From contig OZ024740.1 of the NCBI GenBank assembly GCA_964016885.1, positions 441,440,001 to 441,504,000 on the forward strand: a stretch of 64,000 nt of DNA, read 5' to 3'. Made by a program: the position numbers and the translations under genes. Of this stretch, positions 29,346 through 43,100 are shown in pieces (within the stretch, counting starts at the first letter, position 1; each line of letters begins with the position of its first letter). The notes under the pieces were generated by a model. The model was not told the DNA's origin. It did no database searches and was given only the letters and a program-made list of their open reading frames with translations. The stretch comes from Eledone cirrhosa (lineage: Eukaryota).

Positions 29346-29798
29346 ATATATTGGTAAAAGGAAAAGAAAATGGTGACAAATTGTTCCCAGTGAAAAATAG
29401 TTTAATTAGGAATAAGTAAAAATTAGTAATAAGTATTGGTTAGTATTCAGTTTTAGTTTTAAGTTTTTACCGGTTGCGCATTTCTAATGCTTTTCAAAAA
29501 TAATTTTGAGATAGAGCGCCCGTGATGTTTGCTCTAAACTATATATATAGGAAAATAGTCAGAACCCCGACGGCAGAGCTCAAGCCGTTTCGACAGCTAT
29601 TTCAGATTAGAGCAAACATCACGGGCGCTCTATCTCAAAATTATTTTTGAAAAGCATTAGAAATGTGCAACCGGTAAAAACTTAAAACTAAAACTGAATA
29701 CTAACCAATACTTATTACTAATTTTTACTTATTCCTAATTAAACTATTTTTCACTGGGAACAATTTGTCACCATTTTCTTTTCCTTTTACCAATATAT
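29346..29798. repeat. Long inverted repeat: ~192-bp arms (29346-29537 and 29607-29798) with a ~69-bp spacer
   Basis: The left arm atatattggtaaaagg…gatgtttgctctaa is the reverse complement of the right arm ttagagcaaacatc…ccttttaccaatatat. I see one internal mismatch (gttgcGcatt vs aatgTgcaac). Confidence 0.95.
29464..29500 (-). ncRNA. Degenerate minimal hammerhead-ribozyme-like motif (mirrored on + at 29644-29680)
   Basis: The minus strand reads TTTTTGAAAAGCATTAGAAATGCGCAACCGGTAAAAA. It has a CUGANGA-like box (TTGAAAA), stem II GCATT/AATGC, a GAAA-like box (GCAA), palindromic CCGG, a GUA triplet and T/A flanks as stem I. Three core positions deviate from consensus. Confidence 0.4.
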
Positions 29799-29854
29799 AT
29801 TTATATAATTTTGAATCAGGTAGGGTGGAACTCGTCAAATCGGACCGAGGAAGC

Positions 29855-29995
29855 AATGTTTCCATTGGTCTTTCCATCGCTGTTATTATCTACTGGTCGC
29901 AATTCCTGGAGGAAAGAGCAACGTGAAATAGTGTCTTACTGAAAGACATAACACATCGCGCGATCCAGGAATGGAACTCACAACCTCTCTATTGA
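29855..29995 (-). mobile_element. Degenerate, 5'-truncated tRNA-derived SINE fragment
   Basis: The minus strand reads ggttgtGAGTTCCATTCCtgg (B-box-like), then gtgttatgtctttcagtaagacactatt, which resembles the GTGTTGTGTCCTTGAGCAAGACACTT segment that follows the tRNA head in many metazoan SINEs. Boundaries are approximate. Confidence 0.6.
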
Positions 29996-30379
29996 TGGTA
30001 TAAATTTTATATTGATGCCGATTGAAATTATCGAAAAAAAAACAAATCCGACATCTAGTTTCGAATTCCGATCAAATATTGATATGGTTGACCAGTTAGT
30101 TATCTAGCTTCAAGAACTATTTTCCAATCTTAGTCTAAAATAAGTTTGGAATCAGTGATAAAAACATCACCAAAACAAAATAGCATCCATCATGACTGAC
30201 AATGCGCATGCTCTGTCAAGGGAGGTCATTGCATTTATACAGTTACCATTACAAATATATTCCACTAACATCGTTAACGTCTTTTTAAGATATATCAACT
30301 TTCCATTTTCCTGCTACAACCTGCTACCAAATACATACTTCACTTGTTAATCACACTGGAATTTATCATTATTAATGAT

Positions 30380-30556
30380 TGGCAGTATCGGTAGAGGGAT
30401 GGACGCCATGCTTTGATGCATAGAGTTACGGCCCTTGCCATTCTGAGTTCAAATCCCGCCGAGGTTAATTTTGCCTTTCATCCGTACAGGGTCAATAAAA
30501 TAAAGTACCAGTAACACACTAGGGTAATTACTGGCCTTGTGCCAAAAGTAGAAACA
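30380..30556 (+). mobile_element. tRNA-derived SINE with a 12-bp target-site duplication
   Basis: A-box-like TGGCAGTATCGG at 30380 and B-box GAGTTCAAATCC at ~30445. The body ttgcctttcatcc…ggtcaataaaataaagtaccag resembles, from memory, abundant octopus SINEs. The direct repeat ATTATTAATGAT flanks it at 30368-30379 and 30557-30568. Confidence 0.85.
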
Positions 30557-30785
30557 ATTATTAATGATATCGAATCGATAAATAGTTCACTAATAGTAGA
30601 TACGTCACATCAAACATATAGATATGCCATGTACAGGTGATTGTGTGACACTAACAAATCTTAGCAAGAGATCTCATGCTGTGAAAGGAAATTGCAGAAA
30701 ACATTCTAAAGTTGCCATCATTTATAACTGTTGGAAAATAGAGTGAAACCTGCCATCAATTGGAATTAGGTTCAAATCAAAAACT

Positions 30786-31050
30786 GTATGTGTGTCTTTT
30801 TGTATTTGTGTGTGTCAGTAGTGTGTGTCTTTTTGCATTTGTGTGTGTGTCTTTTTGTATTTGTGTGTGTGAGTAGTATGTGTGTGTCTTTTTGTATTTG
30901 TGTGTGTCTTTTTTGTATTTGTGTGTGTGAGTAGTGTGTGTGTGTGTGTCTTTTTGTATTTGTGTGTGTGTTTTTGTATTTATGCGTGTATGTTTCTTTT
31001 TTGTTGTGTATGGTGTGTGTGTATCTATTCTGTATTTGACTGTGTGTCTT
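30786..31050. repeat. Compound TG-rich microsatellite/minisatellite: (TG)n runs alternating with TCTTTTTGTATT and AGTAG
   Basis: Repeated tgtgtgtctttttgtattt units with variable TG number, degenerating to the right. Confidence 0.9.
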
Positions 31051-31111
31051 TTTTTATTTTTTATGTTCTTTTTGTAATTTTAAGACCCCGTATTTTACAT
31101 CTTTCGTATAC

Positions 31112-34100
31112 AAATTGACTAACAACACATCCAGTGTCACATAACTCCAGTCTATAAATAAATTGACTAACAACACATCCAGTGTCGCATAACTCCAGTC
31201 TATTAATAAATTGACTAACAACACATCCAGTGTCACATAACTCCAGTCTATAAATAAATTGACTAACAACACTTCCAGTGTCACATAACTCCAGTCTATA
31301 AATAAATTGACTAACAACACATCCAGTGTCACATAACTCCAGTCTATTAATAAATTGACTAACAACACACCCAATGTCGCATAACTCCAGTCTATAAATA
31401 AATTGACTAACAACACACCCAATGTCACATAACTCCAGTCTATAAATAAATTGACTAACAACACACCCAATGTCACATAACTCCAGTCTATAAATAAATT
31501 GACTAACAACACACCCAATGTCGCATAACTCCAGTCTATTAATAAATTGACTAACAACACACCCAGTGTCACATAACTACAGTCTATTAATAAATTGACT
31601 AACAACACATCCAGTGTCACATAACTCCAGTCTATTAATAAATTGACTAACAACACACCCAATGTCGCATAACTCCAGTCTATAAATAAATTGACTAACA
31701 ACACACCCAATGTCGCATAACACCAGTCTATAAATAAATTGACTAACAACACACCCAATGTCGCATAACACCAGTCTATTAATAAATTGACTAACAACAC
31801 ACCCAGTGTGACATAACTACAGTCTATTAATAAATTGACTAACAACACATCCAGTGTCACATAACTCCAGTCTATAAATAAATTGACTAACAACACACCC
31901 AATGTCGCATAACTCCAGTCTATAAATAAATTGACTAACAACACACCCAATGTCGCATAACTCCAGTCTATAAATAAATTGACTAACAACACACCCAATG
32001 TCGCATAACACCAGTCTATAAATAAATTGACTAACAACACACCCAATGTCGCATAACACCAGTCTATAAATAAATTGACTAACAACACATCCAGTGTCAC
32101 ATAACTCCAGTCTATAAATAAATTGACTAACAACACACCCAATGTCGCATAACTCCAGTCTATAAATAAATTGACTAACAACACATCCAGTGTCACATAA
32201 CTCCAGTCTATAAATAAATTGACTAACAACACTTCCAGTGTCACATAACTCCAGTCTATAAATAAATTGACTAACAACACATCCAGTGTCACATAACTCC
32301 AGTCTATTAATAAATTGACTAACAACACACCCAATGTCGCATAACTCCAGTCTATAAATAAATTGACTAACAACACACCCAATGTCACATAACTCCAGTC
32401 TATAAATAAATTGACTAACAACACACCCAATGTCACATAACTCCAGTCTATAAATAAATTGACTAACAACACACCCAATGTCGCATAACTCCAGTCTATT
32501 AATAAATTGACTAACAACACACCCAGTGTCACATAACTACAGTCTATTAATAAATTGACTAACAACACATCCAGTGTCACATAACTCCAGTCTATTAATA
32601 AATTGACTAACAACACGCCCAATGTCGCATAACTCCAGTCTATTAATAAATTGACTAACAACACACCCAATGTCGCATAACTCCAGTCTATAAATAAATT
32701 GACTAACAACACACCCAATGTCGCATAACTCCAGTCTATAAATAAATTGACTAACAACACACCCAATGTCGCATAACACCAGTCTATAAATAAATTGACT
32801 AACAACACACCCAATGTCGCATAACTCCAGTCTATAAATAAATTGACTAACAACACACCCAGTGTGACATAACTACAGTCTATTAATAAATTGACTAACA
32901 ACACATCCAGTGTCACATAACTCCAGTCTATAAATAAATTGACTAACAACACACCCAATGTCGCATAACTCCAGTCTATAAATAAATTGACTAACAACAC
33001 ACCCAATGTCGCATAACTCCAGTCTATAAATAAATTGACTAACAACACACCCAATGTCGCATAACACCAGTCTATAAATAAATTGACTAACAACACACCC
33101 AATGTCGCATAACTCCAGTCTATAAATAAATTGACTAACAACACACCCAATGTCGCATAACTCCAGTCTATAAATAAATTGACTAACAACACACCCAATG
33201 TCGCATAACTCCAGTCTATAAATAAATTGACTAACAACACACCCAATGTCGCATAACACCAGTCTATAAATAAATTGACTAACAACACATCCAGTGTCAC
33301 ATAACTCCAGTCTATAAATAAATTGACTAACAACACACCCAATGTCGCATAACTCCAGTCTATAAATAAATTGACTAACAACACATACAGTGTCACATAA
33401 CTCCAGTCTATAAATAAATTGACTAACAACACACCCAATGTCGCATAACACCAGTCTATAAATAAATTGACTAACAACACATCCAGTGTCACATAACTCC
33501 AGTCTATAAATAAATTGACTAACAACACACCCAATGTCGCATAACTCCAGTCTATAAATAAATTGACTAACAACACACCCAATGTCGCATAACTCCAGTC
33601 TATAAATAAATTGACTAACAACACATCCAGTGTCACATAACTCCAGTCTATAAATAAATTGACTAACAACACACCCAATGTCGCATAACTCCAGTCTATA
33701 AATAAATTGACTAACAACACACCCAATGTCGCATAACACCAGTCTATAAATAAATTGACTAACAACACATCCAGTGTCACATAACTCCAGTCTATAAATA
33801 AATTGACTAACAACACACCCAATGTCGCATAACTCCAGTCTATAAATAAATTGACTAACAACACACCCAATGTCGCATAACACCAGTCTATAAATAAATT
33901 GACTAACAACACATCCAGTGTCACATAACTCCAGTCTATAAATAAATTGACTAACAACACACCCAATGTCGCATAACTCCAGTCTATAAATAAATTGACT
34001 AACAACACATCCAGTGTCACATAACTCCAGTCTATAAATAAATTGACTAACAACACACCCAATGTCGCATAACACCAGTCTATAAATAAATTGACTAACA

Positions 34101-37100
34101 ACACACCCAATGTCGCATAACACCAGTCTATAAATAAATTGACTAACAACACATCCAGTGTCACATAACTCCAGTCTATAAATAAATTGACTAACAACAC
34201 ACCCAATGTCGCATAACTCCAGTCTATAAATAAATTGACTAACAACACATCCAGTGTCACATAACTCCAGTCTATAAATAAATTGACTAACAACACACCC
34301 AATGTCGCATAACACCAGTCTATAAATAAATTGACTAACAACACATCCAGTGTCACATAACTCCAGTCTATAAATAAATTGACTAACAACACACCCAATG
34401 TCGCATAACTCCAGTCTATAAATAAATTGACTAACAACACACCCAATGTCACATAACTCCAGTCTATTAATAAATTGACTAACAACACACCCAATGTCGC
34501 ATAACTCCAGTCTATAAATAAATTGACTAACAACACATCCAGTGTCACATAACTCCAGTCTATAAATAAATTGACTAACAACACACCCAATGTCACAAAA
34601 CTCCAGTCTATTAATAAATTGACTAACAACACATCCAGTGTCACATAACTCCAGTCTATAAATAAATTGACTAACAACACTCCCAATGTCGCATAACTCC
34701 AGTCTATAAATAAATTGACTAACAACACACCCAATGTCGTATAACTCCAGTCTAGTAATAAATTGACTAACAACACACCCAATGTCACATAACTCCAGTC
34801 TATTAATAAATTGACTAACAACACACCCAATGTCGCATAACTCCAGTCTATAAATAAATTGACTAACAACACACCCAATGTCGCATAACTCCAGTCTATA
34901 AATAAATTTACTAACAACACACCCAATGTCGCATAACTCCAGTCTATTAATAAATTGAGTAACAACACACCCAATGTCGCATAACTCCAGTCTATTAATA
35001 AATTGACTAACAACACATCCAGTGTCGCATAACTCCAGTCTATAAATAAATTGACTAACAACACACCCAATGTCGCATAACTCCAGTCTATAAATAAATT
35101 GACTAACAACACACCCAATGTCGCATAACTCCAGTCTATTAATAAATTGACTAACAACACACCAAATGTCGCATAACTCCAGTCTATAAATAAATTGACT
35201 AACAACACACACAATGTCGCATAACTCCAGTCTATTAATAAATTGACTAACAACACACCCAATGTCGCATAACTCCAGTCTATTAATAAATTGACTAACA
35301 ACACATCCAGTGTCACATAACTCCAGTCTATTAATAAATTGACTAACAACACACCCAATGTCGCATAACTCCAGTCTATTAATAAATTGACTAACAATAC
35401 ATCCAGTGTCACATAACTCCAGTCTATAAATAAATTGACTAACAACACACCCAATGTCGCATAACTCCAGTCTATAAATAAATTGACTAACAACACACCC
35501 AATGTCGCATAACTCCAGTCTATAAATAAATTGACTAACAACACACCCAATGTCGCATAACACCAGTCTATAAATAAATTGACTAACAACACATCCAGTG
35601 TCACATAACTCCAGTCTATAAATAAATTGACTAACAACACATCCAGTGTCACATAACTCCAGTCTATAAATAATTGACTAACAACACACCCAATGTCACA
35701 TAACTCCAGTCCATTAATAAATTGACTAACAACACATCCAGTGTCACATAACTCCAGTCTATAAATAAATTGACTAACAACACACCCAATGTCGCATAAC
35801 TCCAGTCTATAAATAAATTGACTAACAACACATCCAGTGTCACATAACTCCAGTCTATTAATAAATTGACTAACAACACATCCAGTGTCACATAACTCCA
35901 GTCTATAAATAAATTGACTAACAACACTCCCAATGTCGCATAACTCCAGTCTATAAATAAATTGACTAACAACACACCCAATGTCGCATAACTCCAGTCT
36001 AATAATAAATTGACTAACAACACACCCAATGTCGCATAACTCCAGTCTATAAATAAATTGACTAACAACACACCCAATGTCGCATAACTCCAGTCTATAA
36101 ATAAATTGACTAACAACACACCCAATGTCGCATAACTCCAGTCTAATAATAAATTGACTAACAACACCCCCAATGTCGCATAACTCCAGTCTAATAATAA
36201 ATTGACTAACAACACACCCAATGTCGCATAACTCCAGTCTATAAATAAATTGACTAACAACACACCCAATGTCGCATAACTCCAGTCTAATAATAAATTG
36301 ACTAACAACACACCCAATGTCGCATAACTCCAGTCTATAAATAAATTGACTAACAACACACCCAATGTCGCATAACTCCAGTCTATAAATAAATTGACTA
36401 ACAACACACCCAATGTCGCATAACTCCAGTCTAATAATAAATTGACTAACAACACACCCAATGTCGCATAACTCCAGTCTATAAATAAATTGACTAACAA
36501 CACACCCAATGTCGCATAACTCCAGTCTATAAATAAATTGACTAACAACACACCCAATGTCGCATAACTCCAGTCTATTAATAAATTGACTAACAACACA
36601 CCCAATGTCACATAACTCCAGTCTATTAATAAATTGACTAACAACACACCCAATGTCGCATAACTCCAGTCTATAAATAAATTGACTAACAACACACCCA
36701 ATGTCGCATAACTCCAGTCTATAAATAAATTGACTAACAACACATCCAGTGTCACATAACTCCAGTCTATAAATAAATTGACTAACAAAACACCCAATGT
36801 CGCATAACTCCAGTCTATTAATAAATTGACTAACAACACATCCAGTGTCACATAACTCCAGTCTATAAATAAATTGACTAACAAAACACCCAATGTCGCA
36901 TAACTCCAGTCTATTAATAAATTGACTAACAACACACCCAGTGTGACATAACTACAGTCTATTAATAAATTGACTAACAACACATCCAGTGTCACATAAC
37001 TCCAGTCTATAAATAAATTGACTAACAACACACCCAATGTCGCATAACTCCAGTCTATAAATAAATTGACTAACAACACACCCAATGTCACATAACTCCA

Positions 37101-40100
37101 GTCTATTAATAAATTGACTAACAACACACCCAATGTCGCATAACTCCAGTCTATAAATAAATTGACTAACAACACATCCAGTGTCACATAACTCCAGTCT
37201 ATAAATAAATTGACTAACAACACACCCAATGTCACAAAACTCCAGTCTATTAATAAATTGACTAACAACACATCCAGTGTCACATAACTCCAGTCTATAA
37301 ATAAATTGACTAACAACACTCCCAATGTCGCATAACTCCAGTCTATAAATAAATTGACTAACAACACACCCAATGTCGTATAACTCCAGTCTAGTAATAA
37401 ATTGACTAACAACACACCCAATGTCACATAACTCCAGTCTATTAATAAATTGACTAACAACACACCCAATGTCGCATAACTCCAGTCTATAAATAAATTG
37501 ACTAACAACACACCCAATGTCGCATAACTCCAGTCTATAAATAAATTTACTAACAACACACCCAATGTCGCATAACTCCAGTCTATTAATAAATTGAGTA
37601 ACAACACACCCAATGTCGCATAACTCCAGTCTATTAATAAATTGACTAACAACACATCCAGTGTCGCATAACTCCAGTCTATAAATAAATTGACTAACAA
37701 CACACCCAATGTCGCATAACTCCAGTCTATAAATAAATTGACTAACAACACACCCAATGTCGCATAACTCCAGTCTATTAATAAATTGACTAACAACACA
37801 CCAAATGTCGCATAACTCCAGTCTATAAATAAATTGACTAACAACACACACAATGTCGCATAACTCCAGTCTATTAATAAATTGACTAACAACACACCCA
37901 ATGTCGCATAACTCCAGTCTATTAATAAATTGACTAACAACACATCCAGTGTCACATAACTCCAGTCTATTAATAAATTGACTAACAACACACCCAATGT
38001 CGCATAACTCCAGTCTATTAATAAATTGACTAACAATACATCCAGTGTCACATAACTCCAGTCTATAAATAAATTGACTAACAACACACCCAATGTCGCA
38101 TAACTCCAGTCTATAAATAAATTGACTAACAACACACCCAATGTCGCATAACTCCAGTCTATAAATAAATTGACTAACAACACACCCAATGTCGCATAAC
38201 ACCAGTCTATAAATAAATTGACTAACAACACATCCAGTGTCACATAACTCCAGTCTATAAATAAATTGACTAACAACACATCCAGTGTCACATAACTCCA
38301 GTCTATAAATAATTGACTAACAACACACCCAATGTCACATAACTCCAGTCCATTAATAAATTGACTAACAACACATCCAGTGTCACATAACTCCAGTCTA
38401 TAAATAAATTGACTAACAACACACCCAATGTCGCATACCTCCAGTCTATAAATAAATTGACTAACAACACAGCCAGTGTCACATAACTCCAGTCTATTAA
38501 TAAATTGACTAACAACACATCCAGTGTCACATAACTCCAGTCTATAAATAAATTGACTAACAACACTCCCAATGTCGCATAACTCCAGTCTATAAATAAA
38601 TTGACTAACAACACACCCAATGTCGCATAACTCCAGTCTAATAATAAATTGACTAACAACACACCCAATGTCGCATAACTCCAGTCTATAAATAAATTGA
38701 CTAACAACACACCCAATGTCGCATAACTCCAGTCTATAAATAAATTGACTAACAACACACCCAATGTCGCATAACTCCAGTCTAATAATAAATTGACTAA
38801 CAACACACCCAATGTCGCATAACTCCAGTCTAATAATAAATTGACTAACAACACACCCAATGTCGCATAACTCCAGTCTATAAATAAATTGACTAACAAC
38901 ACACCCAATGTCGCATAACTCCAGTCTAATAATAAATTGACTAACAACACACCCAATGTCGCATAACTCCAGTCTATAAATAAATTGACTAACAACACAC
39001 CCAATGTCGCATAACTCCAGTCTATAAATAAATTGACTAACAACACACCCAATGTCGCATAACTCCAGTCTAATAATAAATTGACTAACAACACACCCAA
39101 TGTCGCATAACTCCAGTCTATAAATAAATTGACTAACAACACACCCAATGTCGCATAACTCCAGTCTATAAATAAATTGACTAACAACACACCCAATGTC
39201 GCATAACTCCAGTCTATTAATAAATTGACTAACAACACACCCAATGTCACATAACTCCAGTCTATTAATAAATTGACTAACAACACACCCAATGTCGCAT
39301 AACTCCAGTCTATAAATAAATTGACTAACAACACACCCAATGTCGCATAACTCCAGTCTATAAATAAATTGACTAACAACACATCCAGTGTCACATAACT
39401 CCAGTCTATAAATAAATTGACTAACAAAACACCCAATGTCGCATAACTCCAGTCTATTAATAAATTGACTAACAACACATCCAGTGTCACATAACTCCAG
39501 TCTATAAATAAATTGACTAACAAAACACCCAATGTCGCATAACTCCAGTCTATTAATAAATTGACTAACAACACACCCAATGTCGCATAACTCCAGTCTA
39601 TAAATAAATTGACTAACAACACACCCAATGTCGCATAACTCCAGTCTATAAATAAATTGACTAACAACACACCCAATGTCGCATAACACCAGTCTATAAA
39701 TAAATTGACTAACAACACACCCAATGTCGCATAACTCCAGTCTATTAATAAATTGACTAACAACACACCCAGTGTGACATAACTACAGTCTATTAATAAA
39801 TTGACTAACAACACATCCAGTGTCACATAACTCCAGTCTATAAATAAATTGACTAACAACACACCCAATGTCGCATAACTCCAGTCTATAAATAAATTGA
39901 CTAACAACACACCCAATGTCGCATAACTCCAGTCTATAAATATATTGACTAACAACACACCCAATGTCGCATAACACCAGTCTATAAATAAATTGACTAA
40001 CAACACACCCAATGTCGCATAACACCAGTCTATAAATAAATTGACTAACAACACATCCAGTGTCACATAACTCCAGTCTATAAATAAATTGACTAACAAC

Positions 40101-43100
40101 ACACCCAATGTCGCATAACTCCAGTCTATAAATAAATTGACTAACAACACATCCAGTGTCACATAACTCCAGTCTATAAATAAATTGACTAACAACACTT
40201 CCAGTGTCACATAACTCCAGTCTATAAATAAATTGACTAACAACACATCCAGTGTCACATAACTCCAGTCTATTAATAAATTGACTAACAACACACCCAA
40301 TGTCGCATAACTCCAGTCTATAAATAAATTGACTAACAACACACCCAATGTCACATAACTCCAGTCTATAAATAAATTGACTAACAACACACCCAATGTC
40401 GCATAACTCCAGTCTATTAATAAATTGACTAACAACACACCCAGTGTCACATAACTACAGTCTATTAATAAATTGACTAACAACACATCCAGTGTCACAT
40501 AACTCCAGTCTATTAATAAATTGACTAACAACACGCCCAATGTCGCATAACTCCAGTCTATTAATAAATTGACTAACAACACACCCAATGTCGCATAACT
40601 CCAGTCTATAAATAAATTGACTAACAACACACCCAATGTCGCATAACTCCAGTCTATAAATAAATTGACTAACAACACACCCAATGTCGCATAACACCAG
40701 TCTATAAATAAATTGACTAACAACACACCCAATGTCGCATAACTCCAGTCTATAAATAAATTGACTAACAACACACCCAGTGTGACATAACTACAGTCTA
40801 TTAATAAAATGACTAACAACACATCCAGTGTCACATAACTCCAGTCTATAAATAAATTGACTAACAACACACCCAATGTCGCATAACTCCAGTCTATAAA
40901 TAAATTGACTAACAACACACCCAATGTCGCATAACTCCAGTCTATAAATAAATTGACTAACAACACACCCAATGTCGCATAACACCAGTCTATAAATAAA
41001 TTGACTAACAACACACCCAATGTCGCATAACTCCAGTCTATAAATAAATTGACTAACAACACACCCAATGTCGCATAACTCCAGTCTATAAATAAATTGA
41101 CTAACAACACACCCAATGTCGCATAACTCCAGTCTATAAATAAATTGACTAACAACACACCCAATGTCGCATAACACCAGTCTATAAATGAATTGACTAA
41201 CAACACATCCAGTGTCACATAACTCCAGTCTATAAATAAATTGACTAACAACACACCCAATGTCGCATAACTCCAGTCTATAAATAAATTGACTAACAAC
41301 ACATACAGTGTCACATAACTCCAGTCTATAAATAAATTGACTAACAACACACCCAATGTCGCAAAACACCAGTCTATAAATAAATTGACTAACAACACAT
41401 CCAGTGTCACATAACTCCAGTCTATAAATAAATTGACTAACAACACACCCAATGTCGCATAACTCCAGTCTATAAATAAATTGACTAACAACACACCCAA
41501 TGTCGCATAACTCCAGTCTATAAATAAATTGACTAACAACACATCCAGTGTCACATAACTCCAGTCTATAAATAAATTGACTAACAACACACCCAATGTC
41601 GCATAACTCCAGTCTATAAATAAATTGACTAACAACACACCCAATGTCGCATAACACCAGTCTATAAATAAATTGACTAACAACACATCCAGTGTCACAT
41701 AACTCCAGTCTATAAATAAATTGACTAACAACACACCCAATGTCGCATAACTCCAGTCTATAAATAAATTGACTAACAACACACCCAATGTCGCATAACA
41801 CCAGTCTATAAATAAATTGTCTAACAACACATCCAGTGTCACATAACTCCAGTCTATAAATAAATTGACTAACAACACACCCAATGTCGCATAACTCCAG
41901 TCTATAAATAAATTGACTAACAACACATCCAGTGTCACATAACTCCAGTCTATAAATAAATTGACTAACAACACACCCAATGTCGCATAACACCAGTCTA
42001 TAAATAAATTGACTAACAACACACCCAATGTCGCATAACACCAGTCTATAAATAAATTGACTAACAACACATCCAGTGTCACATAACTCCAGTCTATAAA
42101 TAAATTGACTAACAACACACCCAATGTCGCATAACTCCAGTCTATAAATAAATTGACTAACAACACATCCAGTGTCACATAACTCCAGTCTATAAATAAA
42201 TTGACTAACAACACACCCAATGTCGCATAACACCAGTCTATAAATAAATTGACTAACAACACATCCAGTGTCACATAACTCCAGTCTATAAATAAATTGA
42301 CTAACAACACACCCAATGTCGCATAACTCCAGTCTATAAATAAATTGACTAACAACACACCCAATGTCACATAACTCCAGTCTATTAATAAATTGACTAA
42401 CAACACACCCAATGTCGCATAACTCCAGTCTATAAATAAATTGACTAACAACACACCCAATGTCGCATAACTCCAGTCTATAAATAAATTTACTAACAAC
42501 ACACCCAATGTCGCATAACTCCAGTCTATTAATAAATTGAGTAACAACACACCCAATGTCGCATAACTCCAGTCTATTAATAAATTGACTAACAACACAT
42601 CCAGTGTCGCATAACTCCAGTCTATAAATAAATTGACTAACAACACACCCAATGTCGCATAACTCCAGTCTATAAATAAATTGACTAACAACACACCCAA
42701 TGTCGCATAACTCCAGTCTATTAATAAATTGACTAACAACACACCAAATGTCGCATAACTCCAGTCTATAAATAAATTGACTAACAACACACACAATGTC
42801 GCATAACTCCAGTCTATTAATAAATTGACTAACAACACACCCAATGTCGCATAACTCCAGTCTATTAATAAATTGACTAACAACACATCCAGTGTCACAT
42901 AACTCCAGTCTATTAATAAATTGACTAACAACACACCCAATGTCGCATAACTCCAGTCTATTAATAAATTGACTAACAATACATCCAGTGTCACATAACT
43001 CCAGTCTATAAATAAATTGACTAACAACACACCCAATGTCGCATAACTCCAGTCTATAAATAAATTGACTAACAACACACCCAATGTCGCATAACTCCAG

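Larger units (their letters stand above)
29317..29798 (-). mobile_element. Probable Penelope-like element pLTR remnant with an inverted duplication (alternative: foldback element/MITE)
   Basis: Inverted arms, an adjoining (TA)n tract, and two minus-strand motifs resembling minimal type I hammerhead cores: TTGAAAA-GCATT-AGA-AATGC-GCAA-CCGG-TA and GAAA-TAGCTG-TC. No RT or GIY-YIG coding sequence is present, so the family assignment is inference. Confidence 0.5.

Noticed and set aside
30380-30460. tRNA gene
   Set aside because: A/B-box-like motifs are present but no cloverleaf. The SINE body and TSD explain them.
30882-31118. 78-aa Cys/Val/Phe-rich ORF
   Set aside because: It is a translation of the TG-rich microsatellite.
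31112-31160. Common origin of the 19-bp and 48-bp monomers (shared GACTA)
   Set aside because: The similarity is limited to ~5 bp in AT-rich sequence, which is expected by chance.
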